Assembly (NCBI RefSeq): GCF_004010195.1
Contig: NC_057746.1
Location: 16,874,820 to 16,938,819 of the forward strand
Direction of reading: 5' to 3'
Length of the DNA: 64,000 nucleotides
From: Chiloscyllium plagiosum
Lineage: Eukaryota
In this document: in pieces, positions 1 through 12,499 of the stretch
Layout of the letters: each line of letters opens with the position of its first letter
How positions within the stretch are numbered: the stretch's first letter is position 1
Position numbers and translations under genes: made by a program
Notes under the pieces: generated by a model
Databases searched by the model: none
Seen by the model: the letters and a program-made list of their open reading frames with translations, nothing else
Told to the model about the DNA's origin: nothing

Positions 1-8
1 AGGTAGGA
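1..8 (+). other. End of TM exon and splice donor of MHC class I gene A (rest of gene lies upstream of the window)
   Basis: AG|gtaggagtttatgaaaaagtggcagctcct aligns with gene B's TM donor and intron start AG|gtaggtgtgagtgagaaaatggcagctcct (minus strand from 55370). Confidence 0.75.
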
Positions 9-568
9 GTTTATGAAAAAGTGGCAGCTCCTCCCTGGGAATTCAGGGGGTGGAGAGCCTGAAGAGGGGTTTCCCACAGTAGGGTTCAGGGCCCAAGGTG
101 TGTGCGCACGCGTGTGTGTGCATGTGCGCGACAGATGGGGGAAGACCCTCTGTGTTTGGAGGTTGGTCTCAAGGCTTTACAGGAGCTCAGGCTGTGGGGA
201 GAAGGCCTCAGTTTGTGAAGCAAGATAGGAGATGGAACCCTGTTCCTTAGGGTAGGTAGGAGTACATGTAGGTTCTCTGGGTACATATGAGTGTAAAGTC
301 ATTTCAGATTGTGGATGACTGTCAGTTTGGTGTTGGATATTAGCGGCTCAGGGCAAATTTAATAATGAAGGACTGAGCCTGGATGTGAGCGTGGATCTTG
401 GGTACCGGTCAGGGTGAGAGCCTTGGGTAGGTGTCTCATTGGGAATAGTGGTCTCAAGAGGCTTCATGTCCATCGCTCCCTTTCTTTTGGAGTTTCCACC
501 TCTCTCTGTTCTGTGATTCAATGGCTCTTTTTTTGGGTCAATCACCTAAATATTCCTTGTTTTTGCAG

Positions 569-601
569 AGAAAGTGAAGAATGGCTACGATCCCACAAAC
601 A
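569..601 (+). CDS. MHC class I gene A, 33-nt cytoplasmic exon ((E)KVKNGYDPTN)
   Basis: ttttgcag acceptor, gtaagc donor, phase 1-1. Homologous to gene B exon 54919-54951 (GVKNGYNPAN). Carries the class I cytoplasmic tyrosine. Confidence 0.85.
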
Positions 602-934
602 GTAAGCTGATAATTTGGACATTTCTGGATCTCTATTATTGTGAAACTAACTCTTCTTTTTGTGTTAGATGGATATAATGGCTTGTTTCTATGTCTGTGT
701 GTTATACACTGTCTCCCTATATCTTTCTTTCTTTTCTGTCTGTTTTGATCTCTGTACCTGCTTCCATTGTGTCTCTGGTCTGGGTATATTTATCCACCTC
801 TCTGTGAGTATTTATCACACTTCTTTTTCCCCTCTGTCTGTTTCCCCTTCACACACTCCTTCTCTTTGTCTTGTGTTCTGTCACAGTATCTCTGATAATG
901 AACAGTTTTTTAATGCCTCTTTTTCCATTAACAG

Positions 935-975
935 CTGATGATAGGACACCCTCAGACGGTTCTACCAATACCTAA
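935..975 (+). CDS. MHC class I gene A, last coding cytoplasmic exon (TDDRTPSDGSTNT*)
   Basis: ttttccattaacag acceptor, phase 1, TAA at 973-975. Exon and flanks align with gene B exons 54216-54260 and 54498-54542. Confidence 0.75.
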
Positions 976-1244
976 GATACGAGTAGTGTTGGTCAAAAGT
1001 GAGAAGAATGTTGTAACTGGGAAATTGGAGCTGGTGTTAACTGCAATCCGAAGGGTGAACGCTGAGCTCTGTGACTGTCTCCCTGCTGTCAAAAAAGACC
1101 AGCTCATATGGTTCAACACTGAACTTTAAGACTTACCTTCTGGAAATAGTTGCTACAGTATGGGCCTGAGCGTTAAGATATATTGGAGGTGGGGTTTGGC
1201 ATAGAGAAATATCTCAAAACTACTTATTGTGGATAAGATAAAAT

Positions 1245-1385
1245 AAAAAAAACTGCAGATGCTGGAAATCTTGAATCAAAAGGAAGCAGAAATTGCTGGT
1301 AAAACTCCACAGGTCAGGTAGCAAGTGTGGAAAGAGAGCAGATTTAACGTTTTGGGTTCAGTGACCCTTCTTGGGAACTGAAGGT
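1245..1385 (+). mobile_element. Penelope-like pseudo-LTR fragment
   Basis: ctgcagatgctggaaatc...gctggtaaaactc...caggtcaggtagca...aacgttttgggttcagtgacccttc motif, related to other pLTR copies in the window. Confidence 0.6.
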
Positions 1386-2189
1386 TTTTAAAAATTCACT
1401 CATGATATGGTCATGCTGCTGGGCCAGCATTTCTTGCTGTCCTAGTTACCCTTGAAGGTGGCAGCAATTTACCTTCTTGAATTGTTGCAATCCATCTACT
1501 ATAGCTAAACCCCACAATGACCTTAGAAAAAGAGTTCCAGAACTCTGTTCCAGCATCACTGAAGGAACGGTAAAATATTTCCAAGGGTGATGAGTGGCTT
1601 GGAAGGAAACTTGCAGGTGGTGGTGTTCCCATGTATATGCTGCCCTTGTTCTTCCAGATGGAGATGGTCAGATGTTGGAAAGATATTGTCAAAAAATGGT
1701 TGGCAAATCTGTGCAGGTCACCTTGCATAAATAGTACACTGCTACTGTGCATCTGGTGGTGGAAGGAGTGAAAGTTTGTGGATGCAGTGCCAATCACAAG
1801 TAGCTTGGAAAAGATGTTGTATGTGCTGCATGCAGGGATAGGAGTGATGGATGGAGATGCAGAGAGAATGACCATTAGATTGACCGAGAAATGGATGATA
1901 ACATGTAAGAGAGAAAGAAAAATTGCTGGTTATGGGGAACATAAGTAGGTGAAAATGGGTTAGCTGTGCTGAAAGCAGACCATGCTGTGACAGGCTGGAT
2001 TATGTGAGTAGGAAAAGGACATCGAAGGTGCTCAGGTTCCAAAAAATGTTTGAACTCCTTTTTGAGTCCTGAAGACTACCTGGTTCCCAAGCCAAACCTA
2101 GGTTGTTCTGAGCCTCCTTCGAGTTTTTGGCAGACATGAGACAAAATGCTGACCAGGGAACACATTACCTCGACGCCAACGGTCTTTTT

Positions 2190-5057
2190 GCAGCAGAGAG
2201 CGGCGGGAGCTGAGCGGAAGTGAAGTCGGAGCTCAAAGCCGGTTGGGAAGGTAAGTGATTGTTTTTTGAGTGGAGAAGGAACCCGAGACTCTACACGTGT
2301 AGTGTCTCCCACCCTCTCTCCTCCTCTAACCTAAAAAAAAAGGACTCAGTCGGCTGAACAGGTAAGCTACTTAGTGTTCTTGTTTTGGACACTAAGTGTA
2401 GAGTTATGGCAGCGCAGGCAGTGGAATGTTCCTCCTGCAGGATGTTTGAGGTAGGGGTGACCACTGATGCTCCTGCTGACTTCACCTGCAGGAAGTGCAG
2501 CCAGCTCCAGCTCCTCACAGTTAGGGAACTGGAGCTGGAGTTGGATGAACTGGGAATTATTCGAGAGGGTGATATGTAGAAGCTACAGGGACATTATTAC
2601 GCCAGAGAACAGAGGTAGCTGGCTAACAGTTAGAGGTGAGAAGGGGAGGAAGCAGACAGTGCAGGGATCCCCTGTGGTCGTTCCCCTCAATAATAAGTAT
2701 ACCGCTTTGGATACTGTTAGGGGGGACGGCCTAGCAGTGGTAAGCTGCAGTGACTGGGTCTCTGGCACGAGGTCCGGCTCTGAGGCTCAGAAGGGAAAGG
2801 GGGCGAGGAGGAGAGTGCTAGTTGGAGGAGACTCTATAGTTAGAGGGACAGACAGGCGGTTCTGTGGACATTGGCGAGACTCTCGGTTGGTTTGTTGCCT
2901 CCCGGGTGCCAGGGTCCGAGACGTCTCTGACCGTGTCTTCAGAATCCTTAAGGGGGAGGGTGTGCAGACAGAAGTCGTGGTGCACATTGGCACCAATAAC
3001 ATAGGTAGGAAGAGGGGTGGGAAGGTCATTCAGGAGCTCGGAGTTAGGCTGGAAGCTAAAAGCTAGGACGGACAGAGTCGTCATCTCTGGGTTGTTGCCG
3101 GTGCCACGTGACAGTGAGGCAAGGAATAGGAAAAGAGTGCAGTTGAACATGTGGCTGCAAGGATGGTGTAGGAGGGAGGGCTTCCGGTATTTGGACAATT
3201 GGACTGCATTCTGGGGAAGGTGGGACCTGTACAAGCAGGACGGGTTGCACCTGAACCAGAAGGGCACCAATATCCTGGGAGGTAGGTTTGCTAGCACTCT
3301 TCGGGGGGGTTTAAACTAATTTGGCAGGGGGATGGGATCCGGACTTGTAGTCCAGCAAGTAGGTTAGCTGCTTTTCAGGATGTCCAAGAATGTAGGGAGG
3401 CTGTGGAGAAGGTAGCACTGACAGGGAATACTTGCGGACACGGAGATGGGTTCAAGTGTGTATACTTCAACGCAAGGAGTATCTGAAATAAGGTGGGTGA
3501 ACTTAAGGCGTGGATTGGTAGTTAGGACTACGATGTTGTGGCCATCACAGAAACATGGATAGTAGAGGGACAGGAATGGTTGTTGGTGGTTGCTGGTTAT
3601 AGATGTTTCAGTAAGATTAGGGAGGGTGGTAAAAAAGGAGCGGATGTGGGGTTGCTAATTAGAAATGGTATAATGGCTGCAGAAAGGCAGTTCGATGGGG
3701 ATCTGCCTTTGAAGGTAGTATGGGCTGAAGTCAGAAATAGGAAAGGAGCAGTCACCTTGTTGGGTGTTTACTATAGGCCCCCCAATAGCAGCAGAGATGT
3801 GGAGAAACAGATTGGGAAACAGATTTTGGAAAGGTGCAGAAGCCACAGGGTAGTAGTCATGGGCGATTTCAACTTCCCAAATATTGATTGGAAGCTCTTT
3901 AGATCAAGTAGATTGGACGGGGCAGTGTTTGTGCAGTGTGTCCAGGAAGCTTTTCTAACTCAGTATGTAGATTGTCCGACCAGAAGGGAGGCCATATTGG
4001 ATTTGGTACTCGGTAACGAACCGGGACAATTGATGGGCTTGTTAAGTGGGTGAGCATTTTGGTGGTGGTGACCACAATTCTGTGACTTTCACCTTGGTTT
4101 TGGAGAGAGATAGGCGCATGCAACAGGGTAGGTTTTACAATTGGGGGAAGGGTAAATACGATGCTGCAAGACAGGATCTGAGGAGCATAAGTTGGGAGCA
4201 TAGGCTGTCAGGGAAGGATGTCATTGAAATGTGGTACTTTTTCAAGGAACAGATACGATGTGTCCTTGATATGTATGTACCTATCAGGCAGGAAAGCGAT
4301 GGTCGTGTGAGGGAACCTTGGTTGACAAGGGAGGTTGAATGTCTAGTGAAGAGGAAGAAGGAAGCTTACATAAGATTGAGGAAACAAAGTTCTGACAGAG
4401 CTTTGGAGGGATACAGGATAGCCAGGAGGGAGGTGACGAAAGGGATTAGGAGAGCTAAGAGAGGGCATGAAAAATCTTTGGCGGGTAGGATCAAGGATAA
4501 CCCCAAGGCCTTTTATGCTTTTGTGAGAAACATGAGAATGACGAGAACGAGGGTAGGTCCGATCAAGGACAGTAGTGGGAGACTGTGTATTGAGTCGGAA
4601 AAGATAGGAGAGGTCTTGAATGAGTACTTTTCTTCAGTATTTACAAATGGGAGGGACCGTATTGTTGAAGAGAAGAGTATGAAATGGACTGGTAAGCTAG
4701 AGGAGATACTTGTTAGGAAGGAAGATGTGTTGGGCATTTTGAAAAACTTGATAGACTAGTCCCCCGGGCCTGATGGGATATATCCTAGGATTATGTGGGA
4801 AGCAAGAGAGGAAATTGCAGAGCCCTTGGCAATGATCTTTTCGTCTTCACTGTCAACGGGGGTGGTACGAGGGGACTGGAGAGTGGCGAATGTTGTGCCC
4901 CTGTTCAAAAAAGGGAATAGGGATAACCCCGGGAATTACAGGCCAGTTAGTCTTACTTCGGTGGTAGGCAAAGTAATGGAAAGGGTACTGAGGGATAGGA
5001 TTTATCATTATCTGGAAAGGCACTGCTTGATTAGGGACAGCCAGCACAGATTTGTGA
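2190..5057 (+). mobile_element. Near full-length CR1 LINE (5'UTR, ORF1 Zn-finger/leucine zipper/SGNH esterase, ORF2 AP endonuclease and start of RT), frameshifted, ends at gap
   Basis: ORF1 from ATG 2406: ECSSCRM...CRKC, LELELDEL, GDSIVR, VVVHIGTNN, DGLHLN. ORF2: AITETW, YYRPPNS, VMGDFNFPNIDW, LDLVL, DHN, WRVANVVPLFKKG, NYRPVSLTSVVGK. Confidence 0.95.
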
Positions 5058-5104
5058 NNNNNNNNNNNNNNNNNNNNNNNNNNNNNNNNNNNNNNNNNNN
5101 NNNN
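5058..5104. other. Assembly gap (N run)
   Basis: Run of N. Confidence 1.
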
Positions 5105-5434
5105 AACTATGGCATCATAGCAGAAGTATCTGTACAGATTCCAGCATTTGCAGTAATTTGCTCCTACGGAAAGCTTTACACATAAGTGTAACAGGGAATC
5201 TGGAAAACTTACAGCACATTGATCCTTATTTCTAAAGGTTTGGAGTATAAAAGTCAGGAAGTGTTACTGCTTTACTATCTATACAAGCTGCTAGCGGTGC
5301 CATTTCCAGGACATAATGGGCAATTTTGGTCTCATTGTTCAAGGAAATACATTATTTCACTGGTGGTAGTTCAGAGGAGTTCAATAGGATAATCCCTGGT
5401 CCAGAGGGATGATTTTAGAAACAAAGATGAAACT

Positions 5435-6015
5435 TTGTTCATTAGCAGAGGGATTGAATTCAAGAGTCGTGAAGTGATGTTGCAACTGTACAGGACTTTG
5501 GTTAGGCCACATTTGGAGTACTGTGTGCAGTTCTGGTCGCCTCACTTTAGGAAAGATGTGGAAGCTTTGGAGAGGGTGCAGAGGAGATTTACCAGGATGT
5601 TGCCTGGAATGGAGAATAGGTCGTATGAGGATAGGTTGAGAGTGCTAGGCCTTTTCTCATTGGAACGGTGAAGGATGAGGGGTGACTTGATAGAGGTTTA
5701 TACGATGATGAGGGGAATAGATAGAGTAGACAGTCAGAGACTTTTTCTCCGGGTACAACAGAGTGTTACAAGAGACATAAATTTAAGGTGAAGGGTGGAA
5801 GGTATAGGGGGATGTCAGGGGTAGGTTCTTTACCCAGAGCGTGGTGGGGGCATGGAATGCACTGCCTGTGGGAGTGGCAGAGTCAGAATCATTGGTGACA
5901 TTTAAGCGGCAATTGGATAGGTACATGAATAGGTGCTTAAGTTAGGACAAATGTTCGCCACAACATCGTGGGCCGATGGGCCTGTTTTGTGCTGTATTGT
6001 TCTATGTTCTATGTT
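5435..6015 (+). mobile_element. CR1 3' end (ORF2 C-terminus, 3'UTR, short tandem tail)
   Basis: LYRTLVRPHLEYCVQFWSP, ALERVQRRFTRM, LGLFSLER; tail ttctatgttctatg. Nearly identical to 17268-17682. Confidence 0.93.
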
Positions 6016-6680
6016 TTGTTAAACTGGCAGAAAACTGAAAGTCTGGAGACATTTTTACAGAGAGAATGCAGATGTTCCTCATCATCTTGGATGTAACCTC
6101 CAGTTGATTGCTTGAATTCCTTAAGTAAACTAATATTCCAAGAGTTCTCACTGAAGTTGGTTCTAAAGTTTAGCATTGCTGACCCAGGATTCTGAACTAG
6201 TGGGTGCTTGTGGAGTGCTGTCTGGGGTTGTATGATTTCACTGGTTGGGAAGTATCAGACTGGTGTGTTAATTCTAATTAGAGGCAGACCAATTTGAGAG
6301 TGAAACTAGGAAACGCTCCCAACCACACAGGATGGAAAATGGTTAGAATTCCGTTATCTAAAGGCAAAATCAACCATTAATAACTTATGTGAACAGAAAG
6401 CTACAAATCTCCAAATTAAGGGTCAGGTGGAAGCCTGTGAATGGTTGAGGTGGCATACCATCAATTATCTCATTGAAAAATGGAACAGAATTGTGGGGCT
6501 CAATGTCCTCACCATGTTCCTGTGCCTTTGTGGGTTTCACTGATCTTCTGGGGTGGATATGCTGAATTTTACTGCTGTTTGGGGAACTGTTATTTTGAGT
6601 TTCACTGCCTGGTGAACATGCAACAATTTTTTTTTAGGTTTTTTGTGCTCTGTAACTGTGTGTTTTGTTTCTGTTTCCAG

Positions 6681-7480
6681 TGACCTGTTATGTCCTTGCT
6701 TGTAATCCAGATTTCCATTGCTCTAAGGGACCTTTTTAAACTGATTCACATTGTTCCAGAACAAATCATCCAGATTAGTCAAGTGTTTACATTTTGTTCA
6801 GTTTAAATTCTTGACAAAATGTTTCATATGGTCAGAACTGAGTTGTACTAAGAAGATGTTGTGAAGTGGTGATACCACTGCCCTGTCAATCAAAAACCCC
6901 AGGCCAAAAGGTTTTGGTGCTAGTGGGTTTGAATCCCACTGTGGCAGATGGTGAAATTTTGAATTCATTAGAATCTGAAATTTAAAAGCTAGTGTAATGG
7001 TTACCATTTAACTTTGTTGTTAAAATTTCATCTGGTTCACTGTTCTTCAGCGAAGGCAATTTGCTGTCCATACCTTTGTCTGATATACATATCACTGCAG
7101 ATGTGATTCACTCTAAACTGTCCTCTGGGCAATTGGGAATTGGCAATAAATACTGGCATAGCCAGTGCTGCCAACATCCCATGTGAATAATTGATTTTTA
7201 TTTAAATGTGACAGCATTACTATTCCCATTAAGAAACTTCTCCATCTCCATCTGATAACACCCAGTGGCCATGCCGCAGGCACCATCATGTCAGTCGTTC
7301 AGCAAATAAACATGTGATCCCTTGGCCAGCCATTCATTGGTGGGATCGTCCCAGAGCTCACTTCAAGTATCCCTTCATCTTAAATGCTAAGTGACTTCAT
7401 TTTTTAAAAATGCCTTTGTTACACAGTAAAAGATTGGCTTCAATCACTCATTGCCTTACTGTGGTATGTACTGTCTAATG
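6681..7480 (+). other. Probable non-coding 3'UTR exon of MHC class I gene A (3' end uncertain; contains a SINE)
   Basis: tgtgctctgtaactg...ctgtttccag acceptor and downstream atttccattgct are shared with gene B (acceptor 53147-53148). AATAAA at 7305-7310. Confidence 0.5.
6860..7190 (+). mobile_element. tRNA-derived SINE with L2-like tail (SacSINE1/DeuSINE-like). Other copies: 14335-14600(-), 16800-17155(-), 24580-24952(+), 46710-46975(+), 52680-52957(-)
   Basis: B-box-like gggtttgaatccc, ggcagatggtgaaatttttgaattc core, aataaatactggcatagccag...catcccatgtgaat tail, repeated across the window. Confidence 0.7.
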
Positions 7481-7859
7481 GCAGTTGAAACAGACCTGAT
7501 TACAAATGGGAATGAAGTGTTGTACTGGCTTCATCTGAATAATTTTAGAAAACATTTTATAGTTGGAGATCAATATCTGGTTTCTCCTTTTCAATCTGGG
7601 ATCTGTTCAAGTAAGTTTTTTTTTATCTACAGAAACTTCCACTTCCCTTCTCTGTCCTTAATCCTTTGTTTGAAGAGACATCTTCTAGTTACGGAAAACA
7701 TTTGAGTCGTTTAAAGATTAAAATTACCAAGAATTATTGAATCACTGTAAAGCAATGCAACTTTTCTTTTTTATTCCTCTTTCGTATCTAAGATTTGTAC
7801 CGAAATACTTAAGATGGCACCATAAGAGGCATCATTGTAATCTTTTCACTGTACACTAG

Positions 7860-8160
7860 TAGATTAGATTCCCTACAGTGTGGAACCAGGCCTTTCGGCC
7901 TAACCTGTCCACACCGAACCTCCAAAGAGTAACTCAAACCAGACCCACTTCCCTCTGACTAATGCACCTGACATTATGGGTAATTTAGCATAACCAACTC
8001 ACCTGACCTGCACATCTTTGGACTGTGGGAGGAAACCAGAGCATCCGGAGGAAACCCAGGCAGACATGGGGAGAATGTGCAAGCTCCACACAAACAGTTA
8101 CCCAAGGCGAGAAACGAACCTGGGACCTTGGTGCTGTGAGGTGAGCCACTGTGCCGCCCT
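7860..8160 (-). mobile_element. HE1-type V-SINE
   Basis: tRNA-like head, V-domain tgtggagcttgcacattctccccatgtctgcctgggtttcctccgg, CR1-like tail ending (aatct)n. Confidence 0.9.
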
Positions 8161-9009
8161 GTACTTGTAAACATGACAATAAACAATATTATATTTTTGC
8201 AGAGATTTCAAAAAGGGAGGTACTGTTTGTCAAAGTTGCTCACATTCTTTGAGGAGGTATCAGACACTGATTGTGAATGTAAAGCATGTGGTTTTTAGAA
8301 AAATCTATGACAGCTACCATGTAGGTGACTATTAGAAAAGTTTTCAAAACAGGTAATTTGCATTGGATTTCACTCAAGATGGCCTTAACTGGAGCACAAT
8401 ATCTTCGTACCACTCCAACTCCACATTACATATTTAGAGCCAGAGTGCATTCAGCTGACAAGTAACCTTTGAGACTGTCCAGCTCTTCCTCCCTAAGCAG
8501 TGATTCTTTCCTCTGACATTTCCAGTATTTTAATGCAGAAGTCAGTCTCTCTGATTACTTGGATCAGTTATGATAGTATAAATGTTGCCTTCGTAGCTCA
8601 GGGGCAGGAGCAGAGAGGTCTGGATGTGTACACAATCCTTCCACATCCAGTTGAAATTGGTGATAGTAACAGGAGTAGTGCGCCCACACCTCATCTCATT
8701 CTAAATAAAACTACAGCAAAAGACCATTTGCATTCATCTTCAAGCTAATAAACCATCTCTGCCTCATTTATGCTCCCAGTATCACAGATGGTAGTCCTGG
8801 ACAATTTCAAATCAAGAAATGGCACTTCATGTAAGAAAGTAGTTAAGGATAAGAGAGAGAGTTAGTAAAACAGGACGCAGCATTTGATTGGAACTGGAAT
8901 TCCTTGACACAACTTGCAGTTCAATAAGGAAATTTTAATTGAGTCTGTACTGATTGATTCATCTTGGACATAGTTGTATCCATATCTACAAACTTTAAGA
9001 AGTCCCACC

Positions 9010-12000
9010 AGACCAAGAGCTGCTACTTTTTTTTGTTTTTGAGGTTTTTTAGGTGTTGGAGGCGATTTCCTCAAATTCCAGGAGCAGTAATTACTGTTTT
9101 ATAAACTGTTACATTGTTTTGGAACTTTGTTTTGATCTTTTGTCCCCCAATGACACTTTAAAAAGGAGGAAGACAGGCAAAAGCAATAACCACATGGTGA
9201 GAGAAAGAAACCTTTTACTGCTGTCTGACACAGCAGTGAATCCGCACAGTTACTGCCTTTGCTGTTTTGAGTTCAAGTATCTCTCTGCACTTGAGTGTGT
9301 CCAGGAAAAATTAACACACATTGAAATTCACGGCTGACCTTGGAGGGAACCTGTGTGAGACAGCTCACAGCACAGAAACAGCTAAGTGCACAGTTTTTGA
9401 GTGTAGCCTTGCTGTCAATGTACAATAATGAGTAGAGTGGATTCTTTCTTGATTCAATGTTTTACTGAGATCTGTCTCTTGATTAAATTTTTAAAATATA
9501 ACCAAAAAGTATTAATTTAGCCTGGAGCAGTTTTATTTTCGACCAGAAATTAGCACCACCTTTTTGGGTCTGCAGATTGTAAAGGAGCAAAGATGACTTT
9601 TTACTAGAGTGATGTGCTCTTCCTTTTGGATGTGGGACTTTCGGGAGTGTTTCCATGTTACTGATGATTATGTCTGCAGGAATTGTCTCTGTTTGCGAAT
9701 CATATCAGATCGCATGGATCGGTTGGAGTTGCAGTTAGAGGCAATAAGAAATTAACAGGAGCTAGTGGGTTGATGGACGGCAATTATAGTAAGAGAGAAA
9801 AGCTGCAGATACAGTCAGGTAGATGGGTTCCCTCCAGGAGAGGTAGGCAGGAGTGTCCAGTGGCTATCCCCATCTGAAACAAGTATGCTGATTTGGAAAA
9901 TGTAGGGGATGGTGAACTCTCAGGGAAATGTAGCATGAACAGCCAAGTTTCTGGTACCGAGAATAGCTCTAATACAATGAGGGATACGTCAGGTTCCAAG
10001 TGATTGACTGTGTGATGGGGACTTTCTAGTCAGAGGCACGGACAGATGTTTCTGTGGCCAGCAGCAAAAAAATCCAAATGATGCCAACCTAGTGCCAGAA
10101 TCAAGGATATCTCCGAGATGGTGCAGAATGTTCTCAAATCGGAGAGGTACAAGCAGGAGGTTGTTATACACATTGGAACTAATGACATAGGGAGGGAAAA
10201 GGATGAGATTCTGAAGGGATAATACAGGAAGTTGGACAGGAATTTAAAAAGGACGTCCTCAAATGTAGTAATGGATGACTTTCAATGCTACAAGCTAGTG
10301 AGGGTAGGAATAGGAGGATAGAGCAAACAATTACTTGACTGAGGAGCTGGTGCTGGGGAGAAGGGTTCACATTTTTGGATCATTGGAATCTCTTCTGGGG
10401 TAGAAGAGACCTAGACAAGAAGGATGGCTAGCACCTGAATTAGAAAGGGACTAATTATACTGGCAGGGAGATTTCCTAGAGCTGCTTGGGAGGATTTAAA
10501 CTAGTCAGGTAAGGGAGTGGGACCCAGGGAAATAGTGAGGAAAAAGATCAGGCTGAGACTGTTACAGTTCAGGAAAGGAGTGAGTCAAACAGTCAGGCCA
10601 TGCAGGAACAAAGCAGAGAACAAGGTAGGATGATAAATTAAACTTTATTTATTTCAATGCAAGAGGCCAAACAGGGAAGGTGGATGAACTCTGGTCATGG
10701 TGAGGAACATGGGACTGGGATATCATAGCAATTACAGAGACGTGGCTCAGGGATAGACAGGACTGGCAACTTAATGTTCCAGAATACATATGCTATAGGA
10801 TGGATATAAATTGGGGGGGGGGGGGGGTGCACAAGAGAGGAGGGGGAGTAGTCTTTTTAATAAGGGATAGCATTAAGGCTGCATTTAGGGAGGATATTCT
10901 TGGGAATATATCCAAGGAAATTATTTGGGTGCAACTGAGAAATAGGAAAGAGATGATCACATTTTTGGGATTGTATTATAGACACCTCAACAGTAGGCGG
11001 AAAATTGAGAAACAAATTTGTAAGGAGAATGCAGTTATCTGTAAGAATAGTAGGGTGGTTATGCTAGGGGCTTTTAAATTTCCAAACGTAGACTTAGACT
11101 GCCATAGCGTTAAGGGTTTTGTTAAGTGTGTCCAAGAAATATCTGATTCAGTATGTGGATGTACCAGTTAGAGAAGCTGCCAAACTTGATCTAAACACAG
11201 GGCATATGGCTGAAGTGTCAGTAGGGGAGCCCTTTGGGGCCAGTGACTATAATTTTATTAGTTTTAAACCAGTGATGGAAAAGGATAGACTAGATCTAAA
11301 AGTTGAAGTTCTAAATTGGAGGAAGGCTAATTTTGATGGTATTAAGCAAGAACTTTCAAAAGGGATGGCTGGAAAATGGGAAGCCTTCAAAAATGAGATA
11401 ACGAGAGTCCAGAGACAGTATATTCTTGTTCAGGTGAAAGGCAAGGCTGTAGGTTAGGGAATGCTGGAAGACCAGAGAAACTGAGATTTTAGTTAAGAAA
11501 AAAAAGGAGGCATATGTCAGGTATTGACAGCAGAGATTGAGTGAATCCTTTGAGTATGAAGGCAGTAGTAGCATACTTAAGAGGGAAATCAGGAGTGCAA
11601 ACAAGTGACATGAGATGATTTTGGTAAATATGGTTAAGGAGCATCCAGAGGGATTTTATAGATATATTAAAGACAAAAGGGTAACTAGGGACAAATAGGA
11701 CCCTTCAAAGATGAGCAAGTCAGCCTAAGTGTGGAGCCACAAGAGATGGGGGATAGTAAGCAAGCATTTTGAGTCAATGTTTACTGTGGAGAAGGACATG
11801 GAAGATAAAGAATGTGGGGAAATCAATGGTGGCATTTTGAAAAATGTCCATATTCCAGAAAAGGTGCTGAATGTCTTAAAATGCATAAAGGTGGATAAAT
11901 CCCCAGGACCTGAACAGGTGCACTCTAGAACTCTGTAGGACACGAGGGAAGTGATCGCAGGGCCTCTTGTGAGAAATTTGTATCATCAATAGTCACAGGT

Positions 12001-12495
12001 GAAGTGCTGGAAGACTGGAGGTTTGCTAACATGGTGCCACTATTTAAGAAAAGTGGTGAGGAAAAAGCAGAGAACAATAGACCAGTGAGCCTGACATTGG
12101 TGGGCAAGTTGTTGGAGGCAATCCTGAGGAACAGAATTTACATGCAATTGGAATAACATGGACTGATTAGGGATAGTCAGCATGGCTTTGTGCGTGGGAA
12201 ATAATGTCTCACAAACTTGACTGAGTTTTTTGAAGGAGTAATGAAAATGATTGAGAGAAGTGCGGTGGACAGATCTATATGGACTTCAGCAAGGCATTCG
12301 CCAAGGTTCCTCCTGGTAGACTGGTTATTAAGGTTAGATCTCATAAAATACAGGGAGAACTAGCCATTTGGATACAGAACTAGCTTGAAGGTAGAAGACA
12401 GTGTGGTGGTGATGGAGGGTTGCTTTTGAGACTGGAGGTCTGACCAGTGATGTGCTACAAGCCTTGGTGCTGGGTCCACTGCTTTTTGTCATCTA
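9010..12495 (+). mobile_element. Decayed CR1 LINE with long 5'UTR (family B), 3' truncated
   Basis: Colinear with 56330-60690. Esterase ORF1 remnants and endonuclease/RT remnants (DKSPGP, SQHGFVRGK) with many stops and frameshifts. Confidence 0.9.
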
Positions 12496-12499
12496 GATG

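Noticed and set aside
669-938. Hydrophobic ORFs such as 669-938, 13603-13863 and 54475-54946
   Set aside because: Translations of pyrimidine-rich CT/GT intronic or repeat sequence with no coding support beyond the small exons already called.
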